A DNA stretch of 64,000 bases from an uncultured Acidimicrobiia bacterium (GTDB taxonomy: Bacteria; Acidobacteriota; Terriglobia; Versatilivoradales; Versatilivoraceae): NCBI GenBank assembly GCA_963786955.1, contig CAWBAT010000005.1, positions 1,164,127 through 1,228,126 on the forward strand, in the 5' to 3' direction. The notes below the pieces were generated by a model. That model was not told the origin of the DNA. It saw nothing but the letters and a program-made list of their open reading frames with translations, and ran no database searches. A program made the position numbers and the translations under genes. Every line of letters begins with the position of its first letter. Positions within the stretch are counted from its first letter, which is position 1. This document shows, piece by piece, positions 19,703 through 30,154 of the stretch.

Positions 19703-21330
19703 GTACCTTAACGGCTCCTGTCACCCCGGTGGAAACTCGAGAACATTATCTCAATTCCAGTTACGGTATTAAGTCGTGGCTGCTTACTACCGATCACAAG
19801 AGGATTGCGCTCTTATATTTGATGTCCATCACCTTTTTCTTCTTCCTGGGTGGCCTGTTTGCCGTTTTGATTCGTTTGGAATTGCTGACCCCACAGGGGG
19901 ATTTTGTGCAGGCGGAGACGTACAACAAGCTGTTCACGATGCACGGGGTCATTATGATTTTTTTCTTTCTCATTCCTTCCATCCCAGCCTCTCTGGGAAA
20001 TTTTCTAGTGCCGATGATGGTCGGCGCAAAAGATTTGGCGTTCCCGAGAATCAACCTCTTGAGTTGGTACATTTACGTGATTGGAGGATTGTTTACTTTG
20101 GGTGCCGTGTTGGCTGGGGGAGTCGATACGGGGTGGACGTTCTACACTCCATACAGCACGACGTATTCAAACGGTTACGTGATTGCGACAGGAGTCGGCG
20201 CTTTCATTACCGGATTTTCCTCCATTCTGACCGGGCTGAATTTCATTGTCACGATTCACAAAATGAGAGCACCCGGGCTTACTTGGTTCCGTCTCCCCCT
20301 GTTTATCTGGGCTCATTATGCGGCGAGCTTGATCATGATGCTGGGGACACCGGTCATCGCGATAACGTTAGCCTTATTAGCTCTTGAGAGGGCCTTTCAC
20401 ATAGGTATTTTCGATCCAGCCTTAGGAGGAGATCCCATCCTCTTTCAGCATTTGTTCTGGTTTTACTCGCATCCGGCAGTCTATATCATGATCCTTCCAG
20501 CCATGGGCGTGATCAGCGAGTTAGTCTCGTGTTTTTCGCGAAAGTATATTTTCGGATACCAGTTCGTGGCCTATTCCAGCATTGGCATCGCAGTGCTCGG
20601 TTTTCTGGTCTGGGGGCATCACATGTTTGTGAGTGGCCAATCTGTCTATGCGGGATTGATTTTTTCGATGCTGAGTTTTCTGGTGGCAATCCCCTCCGCC
20701 ATCAAAGTGTTTAATTGGACAGCGACCCTATACAAAGGTTCCATATCCTTTCAGTCTCCCATGCTCTATGCCTTTGGATTCCTCGGGCTGTTTACCATCG
20801 GCGGTTTAACAGGCCTTTTTTTGGCGGCTGTGGGCCTGGATGTTCATGTCCACGACACCTATTTTGTAGTGGCCCATTTCCATTACATCATGGTGGGTGG
20901 TACGGTGATGGCTTACATGGGAGGGTTGCATTTTTGGTGGCCGAAAATTTCGGGTCGTCTTTATCCGGAAGGATGGGCAAAATTCTCCGCCCTCGTTGTC
21001 TTTCTGGGGTTTCATCTGACTTTTTTCCCTCAATTCATTCTGGGTTACATGGGAATGCCAAGACGCTACCATGCCTATCCGGAAGAGTTTCAGGTGCTCA
21101 ACGTCATGTCGTCAGCGGGGGCTTCAATCTTGGGAATTGGCTATCTGATTCCCATGATTTACTTGATCTGGTCGCTTCGTTACGGACCTCCTGCCTCGGC
21201 GAATCCTTGGGGGGCAACGGGACTGGAATGGCGAACACCGTCACCGCCCCCGACGGAAAATTTCACGGAAGTCCCCGTCGTCAATGAAGGGCCTTATGAA
21301 TATTCAATCAGGGAGATTAAAGTTGTCTGA
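19699..21330 (+). CDS. coxA: cytochrome c oxidase subunit I
   Basis: 543 aa with 12 or more TM helices. Canonical GHHMF, HPEVY-like and WWPK motifs. Start overlaps the coxB stop (ATGA). Confidence 0.9.
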   Translation: MSTLTAPVTPVETREHYLNSSYGIKSWLLTTDHKRIALLYLMSITFFFFLGGLFAVLIRLELLTPQGDFVQAETYNKLFTMHGVIMIFFFLIPSIPASLGNFLVPMMVGAKDLAFPRINLLSWYIYVIGGLFTLGAVLAGGVDTGWTFYTPYSTTYSNGYVIATGVGAFITGFSSILTGLNFIVTIHKMRAPGLTWFRLPLFIWAHYAASLIMMLGTPVIAITLALLALERAFHIGIFDPALGGDPILFQHLFWFYSHPAVYIMILPAMGVISELVSCFSRKYIFGYQFVAYSSIGIAVLGFLVWGHHMFVSGQSVYAGLIFSMLSFLVAIPSAIKVFNWTATLYKGSISFQSPMLYAFGFLGLFTIGGLTGLFLAAVGLDVHVHDTYFVVAHFHYIMVGGTVMAYMGGLHFWWPKISGRLYPEGWAKFSALVVFLGFHLTFFPQFILGYMGMPRRYHAYPEEFQVLNVMSSAGASILGIGYLIPMIYLIWSLRYGPPASANPWGATGLEWRTPSPPPTENFTEVPVVNEGPYEYSIREIKVV

Positions 21331-21979
21331 CGCTCAATCTGCGGCGCATCCAGCACTAGCCCATCACTTTGATACAGTCGAACAGCAGCGGGAGGCGTCT
21401 TCGCTGGGCATGTGGGTTTTCCTCGCCCAGGAAGTCATGTTTTTCGGTGGGCTCTTTCTAACCTACCTGGTTTATCGAAGTGCCTATCCGATTGCATTTG
21501 CCGAAGCCAGTCACCACTTGAATGTCCCCCTGGGTGGCACTAATACGGTGATTTTGATCACGAGCAGCCTGACGATGGCTCTGGCAGTCTTTGCTTCTGA
21601 AACGGGGAAGCAAAGAATGCTGATTGCTTTCCTTCTGTTGACCTTAATCCTGGGTTTGGGTTTCTTGGGGATCAAGACGGTTGAGTACCATGACAAGTAC
21701 GTTCATCATCTGATCCCCGGATTTGGATTCGCCTACCACGGTCCTCATGGTCTGCAGGCTCAGATTTTCTTTAGTTTGTATTTTGTAATGACCGGGATGC
21801 ACGCCTTGCACATGGTCATTGGAATGGGCCTGCTGATTTGGTTAATGGCTCTTGCGCGAAAGGGAAAATTCAGCCCTGAATATCATTCCCCAGTCGAGCT
21901 TTTTGGCCTGTACTGGCATTTTGTGGATATTGTGTGGATTTTCCTCTTCCCCTTACTTTATTTGATTGGGTTGCACTAG
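21284..21979 (+). CDS. coxC: cytochrome c oxidase subunit III
   Basis: [31 protein letters not shown]-terminus typical of subunit III. The true start may be TTG 21323 or ATG 21296 rather than 21284 (46-nt overlap with coxA). Confidence 0.8.
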   Translation: MKGLMNIQSGRLKLSDAQSAAHPALAHHFDTVEQQREASSLGMWVFLAQEVMFFGGLFLTYLVYRSAYPIAFAEASHHLNVPLGGTNTVILITSSLTMALAVFASETGKQRMLIAFLLLTLILGLGFLGIKTVEYHDKYVHHLIPGFGFAYHGPHGLQAQIFFSLYFVMTGMHALHMVIGMGLLIWLMALARKGKFSPEYHSPVELFGLYWHFVDIVWIFLFPLLYLIGLH

Positions 21980-22031
21980 CAGGGATGACGATCCTTACCT
22001 TACAAAACCCAGAGGGAATCTTATTGATCTC

Positions 22032-22331
22032 ATGTCAGAGCATATAGTACCTATTCGTATTTATTTGATTGTCTTTGCCGCCTTGATGGGGCTGACGGCG
22101 GTCACGATATTTATTTCCTACCATGATTTGGGACCCCTCAACAATGTGGTGGCACTGACGATTGCCGTTACAAAGGCCACTCTCGTCATCCTTTATTTCA
22201 TGCACGTTCGCTATAGTCCGAGCCTTACGAAACTGGTTGCTGCGGGTTCCTTTCTCTGGCTGGTCATCCTGTTGTCATTGACGATGGCCGACTACATTTC
22301 ACGAGACTGGCTTTCGTTCGTTGTCAAATAA
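22032..22331 (+). CDS. coxD: cytochrome c oxidase subunit IV (prokaryotic caa3-type)
   Basis: 99 aa with two TM helices directly downstream of coxC. Start taken at ATG 22032 (MSEHIVPIRIYL). Confidence 0.55.
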   Translation: MSEHIVPIRIYLIVFAALMGLTAVTIFISYHDLGPLNNVVALTIAVTKATLVILYFMHVRYSPSLTKLVAAGSFLWLVILLSLTMADYISRDWLSFVVK

Positions 22332-22447
22332 TTGGCGGGAAAGACATTGTTTCCCCATTCTAATTTTTCGCAGCTTGAAGACGAATTGCCGCTGGGCACA
22401 CGGTTAGCCTGCTATCGAGCAAAATTCCTTAATCTGAAGGGGGAAGG

Positions 22448-23227
22448 ATGAAACACAAGGAGTTCAAGAACAACCCGTTGATTGAGGCCCAGGTGGAAAT
22501 CCGCTGGGGGCAGGCCGACCAGAGTGGATCCGGTATCAAAACGGATCCTTATTACAAAATGACATTAGGCCGCTTCTATGAGCGAGTCATGGAAACTTAT
22601 CCTGTCCATGAAATCCTTCCTGCTTCGAAATTCCCCGAAACCATGGTGTATCATACGGCTCAACACCTCTTTCGGGTTGGGAACGGCAAATGGCCTGCCA
22701 TCCAGATTGGACCCGGGATTCTTTCCGTTCATACGAGAGAAGAATACCTGTGGGAAGATTTGGCGACGAAGGCACAAGACGCCTTATCCCAATTATTGGA
22801 TGCGTATCCGAAAATGGTCGAAATGCGGATCGAGATGATTCGATTACATTATATTGATGCAGTCAATCTTGATTTCAACCGGGAGAACGTCCTGCAGTTT
22901 TTGCAGGAAAAATTTAAGACTAACATCGAACTTCCCCCTTCTCTCTTCTTAGATGGGCACGTTAGCTCCCGCCCCAAGAGCTTTTCCTGGGAAGCGACCT
23001 TTGAAGAAGATCAGCCCGAGGGGAGCATCACGATTCGTTTTTCAACCGGGGAGCGGGATGCACGTCCTGCCCTTCTCTGGGAAACTATTGTAGAGTCTTC
23101 CGGTCGCCAGTTGCCCCCCCTTCCGAGTGGGATGGGTCATTGGCTCAACCAGGCTCACGTCCTGGCTGAAGACTGGTTTTCTAAGTTTATCGAAGGGGAT
23201 TTAGAAAAAGATTTTGCCGGTGCCTAG
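22448..23227 (+). CDS. conserved hypothetical protein, TIGR04255-like
   Basis: NPLIEAQVEIRWG N-terminus resembles the TIGR04255 family. 259 aa, no TM segments, no catalytic motif recognised. Confidence 0.45.
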   Translation: MKHKEFKNNPLIEAQVEIRWGQADQSGSGIKTDPYYKMTLGRFYERVMETYPVHEILPASKFPETMVYHTAQHLFRVGNGKWPAIQIGPGILSVHTREEYLWEDLATKAQDALSQLLDAYPKMVEMRIEMIRLHYIDAVNLDFNRENVLQFLQEKFKTNIELPPSLFLDGHVSSRPKSFSWEATFEEDQPEGSITIRFSTGERDARPALLWETIVESSGRQLPPLPSGMGHWLNQAHVLAEDWFSKFIEGDLEKDFAGA

Positions 23228-23272
23228 GAGCATAATAGTAAGGGCGAATCTGTTGATGAACAAAAGCAATGA

Positions 23273-24037
23273 TTAAGTCAGCCCCCATTTCTTTCTCTTC
23301 TGGAAAAGTCTGAGGTACCCTCCGATCGTACGGAGGACTTTCATTTTGCTTTCCCCTTCCCGCCGCGAACCATCGAGTCCCATGGCGACTTCGGAGATGG
23401 TTGCTTCGACTTTGATTAATTTTGCGAGTAGTTCCACCATGCACTCAAATCCCGGGCTTTCAATAAGGCTCGGACCATAGCGTTTCTCCAGCCGCATCAG
23501 GACTTCGGCACTATAGAGCCGGAAAAACGAGCTCATCGTCAATATACCCCGAATTCCCAACAACTCTTTCACAAGAGTGTTGGCCACATGGCTGAGAAAG
23601 ATCCGCATCAACGAGGTCTGTGTAATTCCCCCTCCATAGGCATAAGGGCTTGCGAGAACGACCTCAAATCCTTCCAGGCGGCGAAGAAGCATCTGGCGCA
23701 GTGTTTGTAATCGCGAGGTGTTGTCACCTTCAAGGGTCACGACCCAATCCAGCAAAGTCAATTGAGGGACAATATGTCGAAAGCCAGTGGCAAATGCGGC
23801 GCCAGGTCCTTGGTTTGTCTTGTGCTGCAGCACTTCGACAGGCAATTGGTCGCGATGCCCTAAGATTTTGGTAGCTGTATGGTCGGTGCTTCCGTCATCA
23901 ATGAAGTAGACCTTGCAGGCGAACTCGCTCTGCAATTCGTGCGTCAGGCCTGCTAGATTTTCAAGTAGTCTGGGAACGTTGGCAGATTCATTGAACACAG
24001 GAATGATAAAATAAAGGTGAGAGAGTTTACTCAACAT
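23273..24037 (-). CDS. family 2 glycosyltransferase (polyprenyl-phosphate sugar transferase, DPM1/ArnC-like)
   Basis: IIPVFNESANV, FIDDGSTD and TLEGD(NT) motifs of the GT2 DPM1-like clade. Confidence 0.75.
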   Translation of the reverse strand: MLSKLSHLYFIIPVFNESANVPRLLENLAGLTHELQSEFACKVYFIDDGSTDHTATKILGHRDQLPVEVLQHKTNQGPGAAFATGFRHIVPQLTLLDWVVTLEGDNTSRLQTLRQMLLRRLEGFEVVLASPYAYGGGITQTSLMRIFLSHVANTLVKELLGIRGILTMSSFFRLYSAEVLMRLEKRYGPSLIESPGFECMVELLAKLIKVEATISEVAMGLDGSRREGESKMKVLRTIGGYLRLFQKRKKWGLT

Positions 24038-24048
24038 CGGAGACGAGG

Positions 24049-25056
24049 CTAAGTGTCTAAAGAGAAAGTTGGGTTAAATTCTCGAATTGTACCCAGGTGA
24101 GTCTGCATCCATTCCACCTGTAAACGCATTCCCTCTTCCAGGCTGATCTTAGGTGCATGTCCCAATAGATAACGGGCCTTTGATCCTTCGACCAGGCGGT
24201 GCTGCGGGTCCTCGTAAAGACGCGAAAAGTCAGAATAGGGGATAAAACGAAGGAGCGGCTTTCGGGTCATTCCTGTGACACGCCAGATCAAATACGCTAG
24301 ATTTACTACGCTGATGGTCGGTCCACCCCCGATGTTGAGGACTTCGCCGTCAGCGTAGGGTGTCTCAAGGACCTTGAGGGTTGCGTCCATCGCGTCTGAA
24401 ATATGAGTGAACGGTCTGGATTGGGTCCCGTCTCCGTGTATGGGGATCGGCTGGCCAGTCAGCGCGGCGTAGATAAAGACATCCTGGACGCCGCTCAGAC
24501 GGGACAATTGAAAGGTTGGACCATAAATTCCCGAATAGCGAAGGATTGAAATCGGAACATTGTATTTCTCCGCGTAGGCAAAGCAGAGCTGTTCTCCGTA
24601 AATTTTGGAAATGGCCAGACTCCAGCGTTCGACTCGGGACTCACCGAGAACCAAAGTGCTGCCTTCAGAGAAGCTCGCCTCAGGATTCTTTCCGTAGACT
24701 TCATCGGTTGAGGCGAAAATCACTCGTGAATTGTGCTTGCGAGCGCACTCCAAGACATGTTCTGTCCCACGAGCATTCACCTCTAGAGTTTTCAGATAGC
24801 CATCGTAGCGGGGGATCTTCAAAGCCGCCAAATGAAAAATCACTTCGACATCACGCGAGACAGCGTCAAGCCTTTCAACATTGAGGATAGTTTCTTCTAC
24901 AAAAGTAAAGTTAGGATGCGGAAGGAAGGGCGCAACGTTCAAAGAATGCCCCAGAGAAAAATCGTCCAAACCGATGACCTGATGTCCCCGGTCGAGTAAC
25001 TCTTTGAGCAAATTCGAGCCAAGAAGGCCCGCTACGCCGGTAATCAATATCTTCAT
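24049..25056 (-). CDS. NAD-dependent epimerase/dehydratase (SDR extended family)
   Basis: MKILITGVAGLLGSNL Rossmann motif; YGxxK-containing SDR. Start at ATG 25056, 2 nt after the stop of the upstream paralogue. Confidence 0.75.
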   Translation of the reverse strand: MKILITGVAGLLGSNLLKELLDRGHQVIGLDDFSLGHSLNVAPFLPHPNFTFVEETILNVERLDAVSRDVEVIFHLAALKIPRYDGYLKTLEVNARGTEHVLECARKHNSRVIFASTDEVYGKNPEASFSEGSTLVLGESRVERWSLAISKIYGEQLCFAYAEKYNVPISILRYSGIYGPTFQLSRLSGVQDVFIYAALTGQPIPIHGDGTQSRPFTHISDAMDATLKVLETPYADGEVLNIGGGPTISVVNLAYLIWRVTGMTRKPLLRFIPYSDFSRLYEDPQHRLVEGSKARYLLGHAPKISLEEGMRLQVEWMQTHLGTIREFNPTFSLDT

Positions 25057-25058
25057 AT

Positions 25059-26042
25059 TTATGGAACAGCCTCGTCGGTTACTTGCTTTTGCCAAGCAAT
25101 CGTTCTCAACAAACCTTCTTCCAGATCGGTCTTCGGTTCAAAGCCCAGCAACGTTCTAGCTTTTGTGATATCGGGGACCCGGTTCCGCACATCCTCGTAT
25201 TTTCCAAATGTTTGATACGAGATGAATTTTGATTTAGGTTCACCACGCCCGGCTAGTTTCCAAACCAGTCGCGCCAGATCCAAGATTGTCACTTCCTTGG
25301 TGTTTCCCAGATTGAAGACTTCTCCGGCGGCCTTTTCTGCAAACAGCGTGCGGATGATGCCATCGATGGTGTCATCAATGTAGGTAAAGCTCCTTGTCTG
25401 CAAGCCGTCTCCATGGATTTCCATGGGTTGGTCTGTGAGAGCGGCATGGATAAATACCGACTGGGGGCCTCCCCACCAAGTTGTATTTTGTCGCGGGCCA
25501 TAGCCTCCAAAAAAACGGAGGATCGTTACGGGGATGCCATATTCTTGCTGGTAGGCCAAGCAGTAGTGTTCATCGAGAATCTTTGAGACCGCGTAGGCCC
25601 ATCGCTTGACATTGCTTTCTCCCATGTAGAGATCGTGTGTCTCTGCGAATGGCAGGTGTGGGTTCTTCCCATACACATCGGAGGTGGAAGCCAAAACCAC
25701 TTTTGCTTTGTGCTTTACCGCTGCCTTCAAGACAGATTCTGTCCCGTGCACATTGATCGTGAGTGTATCGTAGGCGTCTCCATACCGGGGTATCTTAAAA
25801 GCAGCCAAGTGAACCAAGATCGTTGCATCCCTGGCCAATGATTCAATAGCCGGCCCATTCCGGACATCCTCTTGAAAAAACTCAAAATGAGGATGTCCGC
25901 GGAACTCTTTGACGTTGTGAAGAGTACCCTGAGACAGGTTATCCACGGCACAAACCGTGTGTCCCAAGGAAAGAAGCCGCTCGCATAAATTGGATCCAAT
26001 AAAACCCGCGGCTCCCGTTACCAAAATCTTTTCTGGTTTCAT
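25059..26042 (-). CDS. NAD-dependent epimerase/dehydratase (UDP-glucuronate decarboxylase / UXS-like)
   Basis: KILVTGAAGFIGSNLCERLL N-terminus and a YAVSK catalytic YxxxK. Confidence 0.75.
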   Translation of the reverse strand: MKPEKILVTGAAGFIGSNLCERLLSLGHTVCAVDNLSQGTLHNVKEFRGHPHFEFFQEDVRNGPAIESLARDATILVHLAAFKIPRYGDAYDTLTINVHGTESVLKAAVKHKAKVVLASTSDVYGKNPHLPFAETHDLYMGESNVKRWAYAVSKILDEHYCLAYQQEYGIPVTILRFFGGYGPRQNTTWWGGPQSVFIHAALTDQPMEIHGDGLQTRSFTYIDDTIDGIIRTLFAEKAAGEVFNLGNTKEVTILDLARLVWKLAGRGEPKSKFISYQTFGKYEDVRNRVPDITKARTLLGFEPKTDLEEGLLRTIAWQKQVTDEAVP

Positions 26043-26084
26043 GGCTCTCTCAAAATGCCCAGAGGGCGGAAGCTAAACACCCCT

Positions 26085-27191
26085 TCAATCTGCTTTCAAG
26101 AATTCGTGAAGGGCTGATATCACAGCCTGGATTTCGGCTTCCTCCATTTCCGGGAAGATAGGCAATGAGATGATCTCCTTGCAAACGGCTTCTGCGACTG
26201 GAAGAGTCACACGCGGATCCGCCAACTGCCGAAAAGCGGGTTGGAGGTGCAGAGGCGTCGGATAATGAATCGCATGGCCTATCGCTCGAGCCTTCAAGAA
26301 TGTAGCCAAAGAGTCCCGCCGCCCAGTTCTGATGGAATACTGGTTATAAACGTGTCGAACGTCAGGACCACAACTGGGAGTGATAACGTTGAGCCCTTGC
26401 CAGGCCAAATTATATCTTTGTGCAATCCGTATCCTGGCATCAGTCCAAGATTCCAAGTGTCGTAGTTTTGTTCTCAAGATGGCCGCTTGAAGAGTGTCCA
26501 AGCGGCTGTTAACGCCTAGAATCTCATGTTGGTATTTCACTTTGGACCCATGGACAGAAATCATCCGGCAGCGTTGTGCCAATTGGGCGTCATTGGTGGC
26601 TAGTGCCCCGGCATCTCCATAGGCGCCTAAATTCTTGCTGGGGAAAAAACTGAAACAGCCAATGTGACCGATCGTTCCGGCGGCCTTCCCTTTGTAGCGC
26701 GCTCCAATAGCTTGAGCAGCGTCTTCAATGACGGACAATCCATGCGACTCGGCAATGGAAAGAATAGGATCCATATCTGCTGGTTGACCATAGAGGTGCA
26801 CAGGCATCAGAGCTTTTGTCTTCGGAGTGATGCGGTCTGCAATCTGGTTCACGTCTAGATTAAAAGTTCGGGGGTCAATATCTACATACACCGGCCTGGC
26901 GCCGAGAAGCACAATGGTTTCAACCGTGGCCACAAAGGTGAATGAAGTCGTGATGACTTCGTCCCCTGTCCCGATACCCAAGGCCATCAGTGCAATCTGC
27001 AGCGCATCCGTTCCGGATGCGCAACCAATGGTATGCTGCACCTTGAGGTAATTTGCCAGCTCGGATTCAAATTCTCTAACGGGTGCACCCAAAATGAAAT
27101 CGGTAGAGTCCACAACGGACTGAATCGCCGCGTCCATTTCGTGCTTGATCATTTGGTATTGTCGATTCAGATCCACCATCTTGATCTGCAT
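26085..27191 (-). CDS. DegT/DnrJ/EryC1/StrS family PLP-dependent sugar aminotransferase (WbpE/ArnB-like)
   Basis: Whole-length similarity to the family (LANYLKVQHTIGCASGTDAL, FSFFPSKNLGAYGDAG). Confidence 0.85.
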   Translation of the reverse strand: MQIKMVDLNRQYQMIKHEMDAAIQSVVDSTDFILGAPVREFESELANYLKVQHTIGCASGTDALQIALMALGIGTGDEVITTSFTFVATVETIVLLGARPVYVDIDPRTFNLDVNQIADRITPKTKALMPVHLYGQPADMDPILSIAESHGLSVIEDAAQAIGARYKGKAAGTIGHIGCFSFFPSKNLGAYGDAGALATNDAQLAQRCRMISVHGSKVKYQHEILGVNSRLDTLQAAILRTKLRHLESWTDARIRIAQRYNLAWQGLNVITPSCGPDVRHVYNQYSIRTGRRDSLATFLKARAIGHAIHYPTPLHLQPAFRQLADPRVTLPVAEAVCKEIISLPIFPEMEEAEIQAVISALHEFLKAD

Positions 27192-27211
27192 AAGCGATTC
27201 CTTCCCGGATA

Positions 27212-28309
27212 TTAATTTTCCAGCATGACTTGAGTGATTCGTTCAGCCGTCTTCCCGTCCCACAGCGGAACGGGGCGCCCGCTTTTGTAACGATGATGGA
27301 TAATGGCCTCAACTTGCACCAGAATCCGCTCTGAGTCAAGGCCAACGAGAGAGTTCGTCCCAATCTCCACCGTTACGGGCTGTTCGGTACAATCCCTGAG
27401 AGTCAAACAGGGCACTCCGAGATAGCTTGTCTCAGCTTGAATCCCCCCTGAGTCTGAAAGCACAGCCAGCGAGTTCCGGACGAGGTGCAGGAAATCCAAA
27501 TATCTTTTGGGCTCCGTCAGGCGCACTCGAGGATTCTTCCGAAGCACATGATACAGGTCGAGATTCTTTAAATTCTTCCGGGTCCTTGGATGTACGGGAA
27601 AAATGACCGGCATCCGCACGGAGATAGCCTGAATCAGGTCGGCCAAATGCTGCAACTTCTCAGGATTATCCACTGTGCCGGCACGGTGCGTCGTCAACAA
27701 AAAATATGCTTTGGGGGACACATTAAGCTCTTGGAGAACAGGAGAGCGACTCGACTTTTCCAAAGACCGAATGAGTTCGTCGATCATGATGTTCCCTACC
27801 AGGTGGATGTTGCCGATTGGAACTCCTTCGCGGGAAAGGTTATCGACGCCGGCCTGCTCGGTCACAAAGAGTATGTCTGAAACCTGGTCAGTCAGTATGC
27901 GATTGACTTCTTCGGGCATACTCTTATCAAAACTTCGCAGCCCGGATTCAACATGGGCTAACGGAATTTTTTCCTTGGCGCACACGAGCGCACAGGCCAG
28001 CGTAGAATTAACATCTCCGAAAACGACCACTCCATCCACTCTTTCACTCCGGATAACCTTCTCAAAACTCCTCATAATCCGGGCTGTCTGGGTAGTATGT
28101 GTACCGGAACCGACTCCCAAGTGATAGTGCGGCTGTGGCAATTCCAAATCTTGAAAGAACGATTCAGACATGGAAAAGTCGTAATGCTGCCCGGTGTGGA
28201 CCAGGATGCTCTTGATCTGTTGGGGGACTTGGGCGAATTGTCTGTGCAAGGGCGCCATTTTGAGAAAATTGGGCCTTGCACCGACAACGCTGACAATGGT
28301 TTTGATCAT
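27212..28309 (-). CDS. UDP-N-acetylglucosamine 2-epimerase family (non-hydrolysing; WecB/WbpI-like)
   Basis: MIKTIVSVVGARPNFLKMAPL, HTGQHYD and DSGGIQ motifs. Confidence 0.85.
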   Translation of the reverse strand: MIKTIVSVVGARPNFLKMAPLHRQFAQVPQQIKSILVHTGQHYDFSMSESFFQDLELPQPHYHLGVGSGTHTTQTARIMRSFEKVIRSERVDGVVVFGDVNSTLACALVCAKEKIPLAHVESGLRSFDKSMPEEVNRILTDQVSDILFVTEQAGVDNLSREGVPIGNIHLVGNIMIDELIRSLEKSSRSPVLQELNVSPKAYFLLTTHRAGTVDNPEKLQHLADLIQAISVRMPVIFPVHPRTRKNLKNLDLYHVLRKNPRVRLTEPKRYLDFLHLVRNSLAVLSDSGGIQAETSYLGVPCLTLRDCTEQPVTVEIGTNSLVGLDSERILVQVEAIIHHRYKSGRPVPLWDGKTAERITQVMLEN

Positions 28310-28329
28310 TCAAGCGGGCGACAATTTGA

Positions 28330-29910
28330 TTAATGAATTCTCAGGACCAGTTCGTCCTTCTTCCGGTAAGAAGCTTGGCAGCTGACACATTCAGCCTGAT
28401 CCGCCGGGGGATGAAATCGAATGCGTTCACCGCATTCACACATCCATCCTACCGGTCTGGCGGGATTGCCAATGACTAGAGCATAGTCGGGAACATCTTT
28501 AGTCACGACCGCTCCCGCCCCCACAAACGAATAACGCCCGATGGTGTGTCCACATAGAATCGTTGCGTTGGCGCCAATGGTGGCTCCCTTCGCAACCCTA
28601 GTTTTCTGATAGGCGTGGCGCCGGTTCACGTGACTTCTCGGAGTGCCGACGTTTGTGAACACCATTGATGGACCCAGAAACACGTTATCCTCACAAATGA
28701 CTCCTGTATAGACAGAAACATTATTCTGAACCTTTACATTTTCCCCCAAGATACAATGCGGTGAAATAACTACATTTTGCCCGATCGTACAGTTTCTTCC
28801 GATCTCGCAATCCCTCATGATGTGAGAGTAGTGCCAGATTTTTGTACCACTCCCTATCTTGCAAGGCGAATCCACCGTTGTCGTCGGATGAACAAAATAG
28901 TCTGGTTCTGCCTCCCCTGGTAATCCCATATTTGTTTCGATAGGCGTGCCATTTTGCTCCAGGGAATGCTGACAGGCCGTGAGAATGCGGAGAACTTTCA
29001 GCCCTTCTTCACCATCGGTTAATGGGGAACGGCGGGACTGAAGACACTCCAGGAAATGGAGACATTCCGCTTTCAAGGGTTCCTCGTTTACGTATTCAAC
29101 CGGTATCCCGAGAGCCTTTTCAGATACCGGTTGACGCTTCACCCAGTGGATGACGTGTGGATAGATCAGAAGCTTGTGGTCGGGGGAAAGATCGTCGAAT
29201 ACCGCCATCTGTCGCTCACCGACTACGACCAACTTCTGTTCCTTAAAAGGGTGGAGCCAGCTCACGAAAATGTGGGCATTCGTGCCGCTCTTGAATTGAA
29301 AGTAGCTGACTGTCACGTCCGCGATCGATTTGTGCAAAAAATTCCCGCCAGAGGATGAGACCCGCACGGGCAATTCATCCAATAATCCCAAGATTACCGA
29401 GATGTCATGAGGTGCAAAACTCCATAAGATGTTTTCTTCCGTTCGGATTTTTCCGAAATTCAGCCGGTTCGAATATACATAACTGATCTTGCCCAGTTCT
29501 CCTTGCTGGATGAGCTCCTTAAGCTTTCTTAGGGCGGGGTGATACTGAAGCAAATGTCCGACCATCAGTAAACGATTTTGCCGGGCGGCCAGAGCTACCA
29601 ACTGCTTCCCCTCATCTACATTCAGCGCCAAAGGTTTCTCCACGAACACATCTTTACCTGCCAGGAGGCACTCTTTGGCGAGCCGAAAATGCGTTTCCGC
29701 AGGTGTGGCGATCACAACTCCGCCAATCTCGGGATCCATTGTCAGTTCGTGGAGTAATGAAGTGAAAGAGATCTTTGGGTATTGTTGTTTGAGGTTTGTG
29801 AGGATGTCTTCCTGGACTTCACAGACCTTCCCCAATGCACCCAATTCTGACCAAACCCGCAAGTGGTGTTTGCCCCACGCTCCCGCTCCGATCAGACCAA
29901 TTTTCATCAT
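28330..29910 (-). CDS. bifunctional Gfo/Idh/MocA oxidoreductase (WbpB-like) plus hexapeptide-repeat N-acetyltransferase (WbpD-like), with a C-terminal Cys4 zinc-ribbon
   Basis: N-terminal [15 protein letters not shown] Rossmann domain. C-terminal left-handed beta-helix repeats ([32 protein letters not shown]). Terminal [22 protein letters not shown]. One uninterrupted 526-aa frame. Confidence 0.75.
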   Translation of the reverse strand: MMKIGLIGAGAWGKHHLRVWSELGALGKVCEVQEDILTNLKQQYPKISFTSLLHELTMDPEIGGVVIATPAETHFRLAKECLLAGKDVFVEKPLALNVDEGKQLVALAARQNRLLMVGHLLQYHPALRKLKELIQQGELGKISYVYSNRLNFGKIRTEENILWSFAPHDISVILGLLDELPVRVSSSGGNFLHKSIADVTVSYFQFKSGTNAHIFVSWLHPFKEQKLVVVGERQMAVFDDLSPDHKLLIYPHVIHWVKRQPVSEKALGIPVEYVNEEPLKAECLHFLECLQSRRSPLTDGEEGLKVLRILTACQHSLEQNGTPIETNMGLPGEAEPDYFVHPTTTVDSPCKIGSGTKIWHYSHIMRDCEIGRNCTIGQNVVISPHCILGENVKVQNNVSVYTGVICEDNVFLGPSMVFTNVGTPRSHVNRRHAYQKTRVAKGATIGANATILCGHTIGRYSFVGAGAVVTKDVPDYALVIGNPARPVGWMCECGERIRFHPPADQAECVSCQASYRKKDELVLRIH

Positions 29911-30154
29911 CCCTCACTAATGATTTTTTCTGCGTTCGATACCTGACTGGATAAATCTTTACAATTGCGGATCACATTAGCATATTCTTGAGCGGGCCTT
30001 CCGGCATAAGAAATTCGGGTCAAATTTATTTTGAAATCCGTTGTTGGTGTCGTCAATTTTTGCTAACGTGGCTTTCTGAGAATCACTGGACCGAGTGACA
30101 TGGAAAAAATTCTATTCTGCCAGGGTGAAGGGGTCAACTTTTTACTCCAAATAT

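Noticed and set aside
19776-20387. 203-aa alternative-frame ORF inside coxA
   Set aside because: It is the same strand but a different frame from a fully conserved coxA, His/Arg/Cys-rich and with no domain. Such ORFs arise from the GC-rich second frame of a membrane protein gene.
28330-29910. Possibility that the WbpB-WbpD fusion is an artefact of a lost stop codon or frameshift
   Set aside because: Both domains are in one continuous frame with a 30-aa linker and no near-stop. Because frame is preserved, an indel-driven fusion is very unlikely. A point mutation of a stop cannot be excluded but requires no special pleading.
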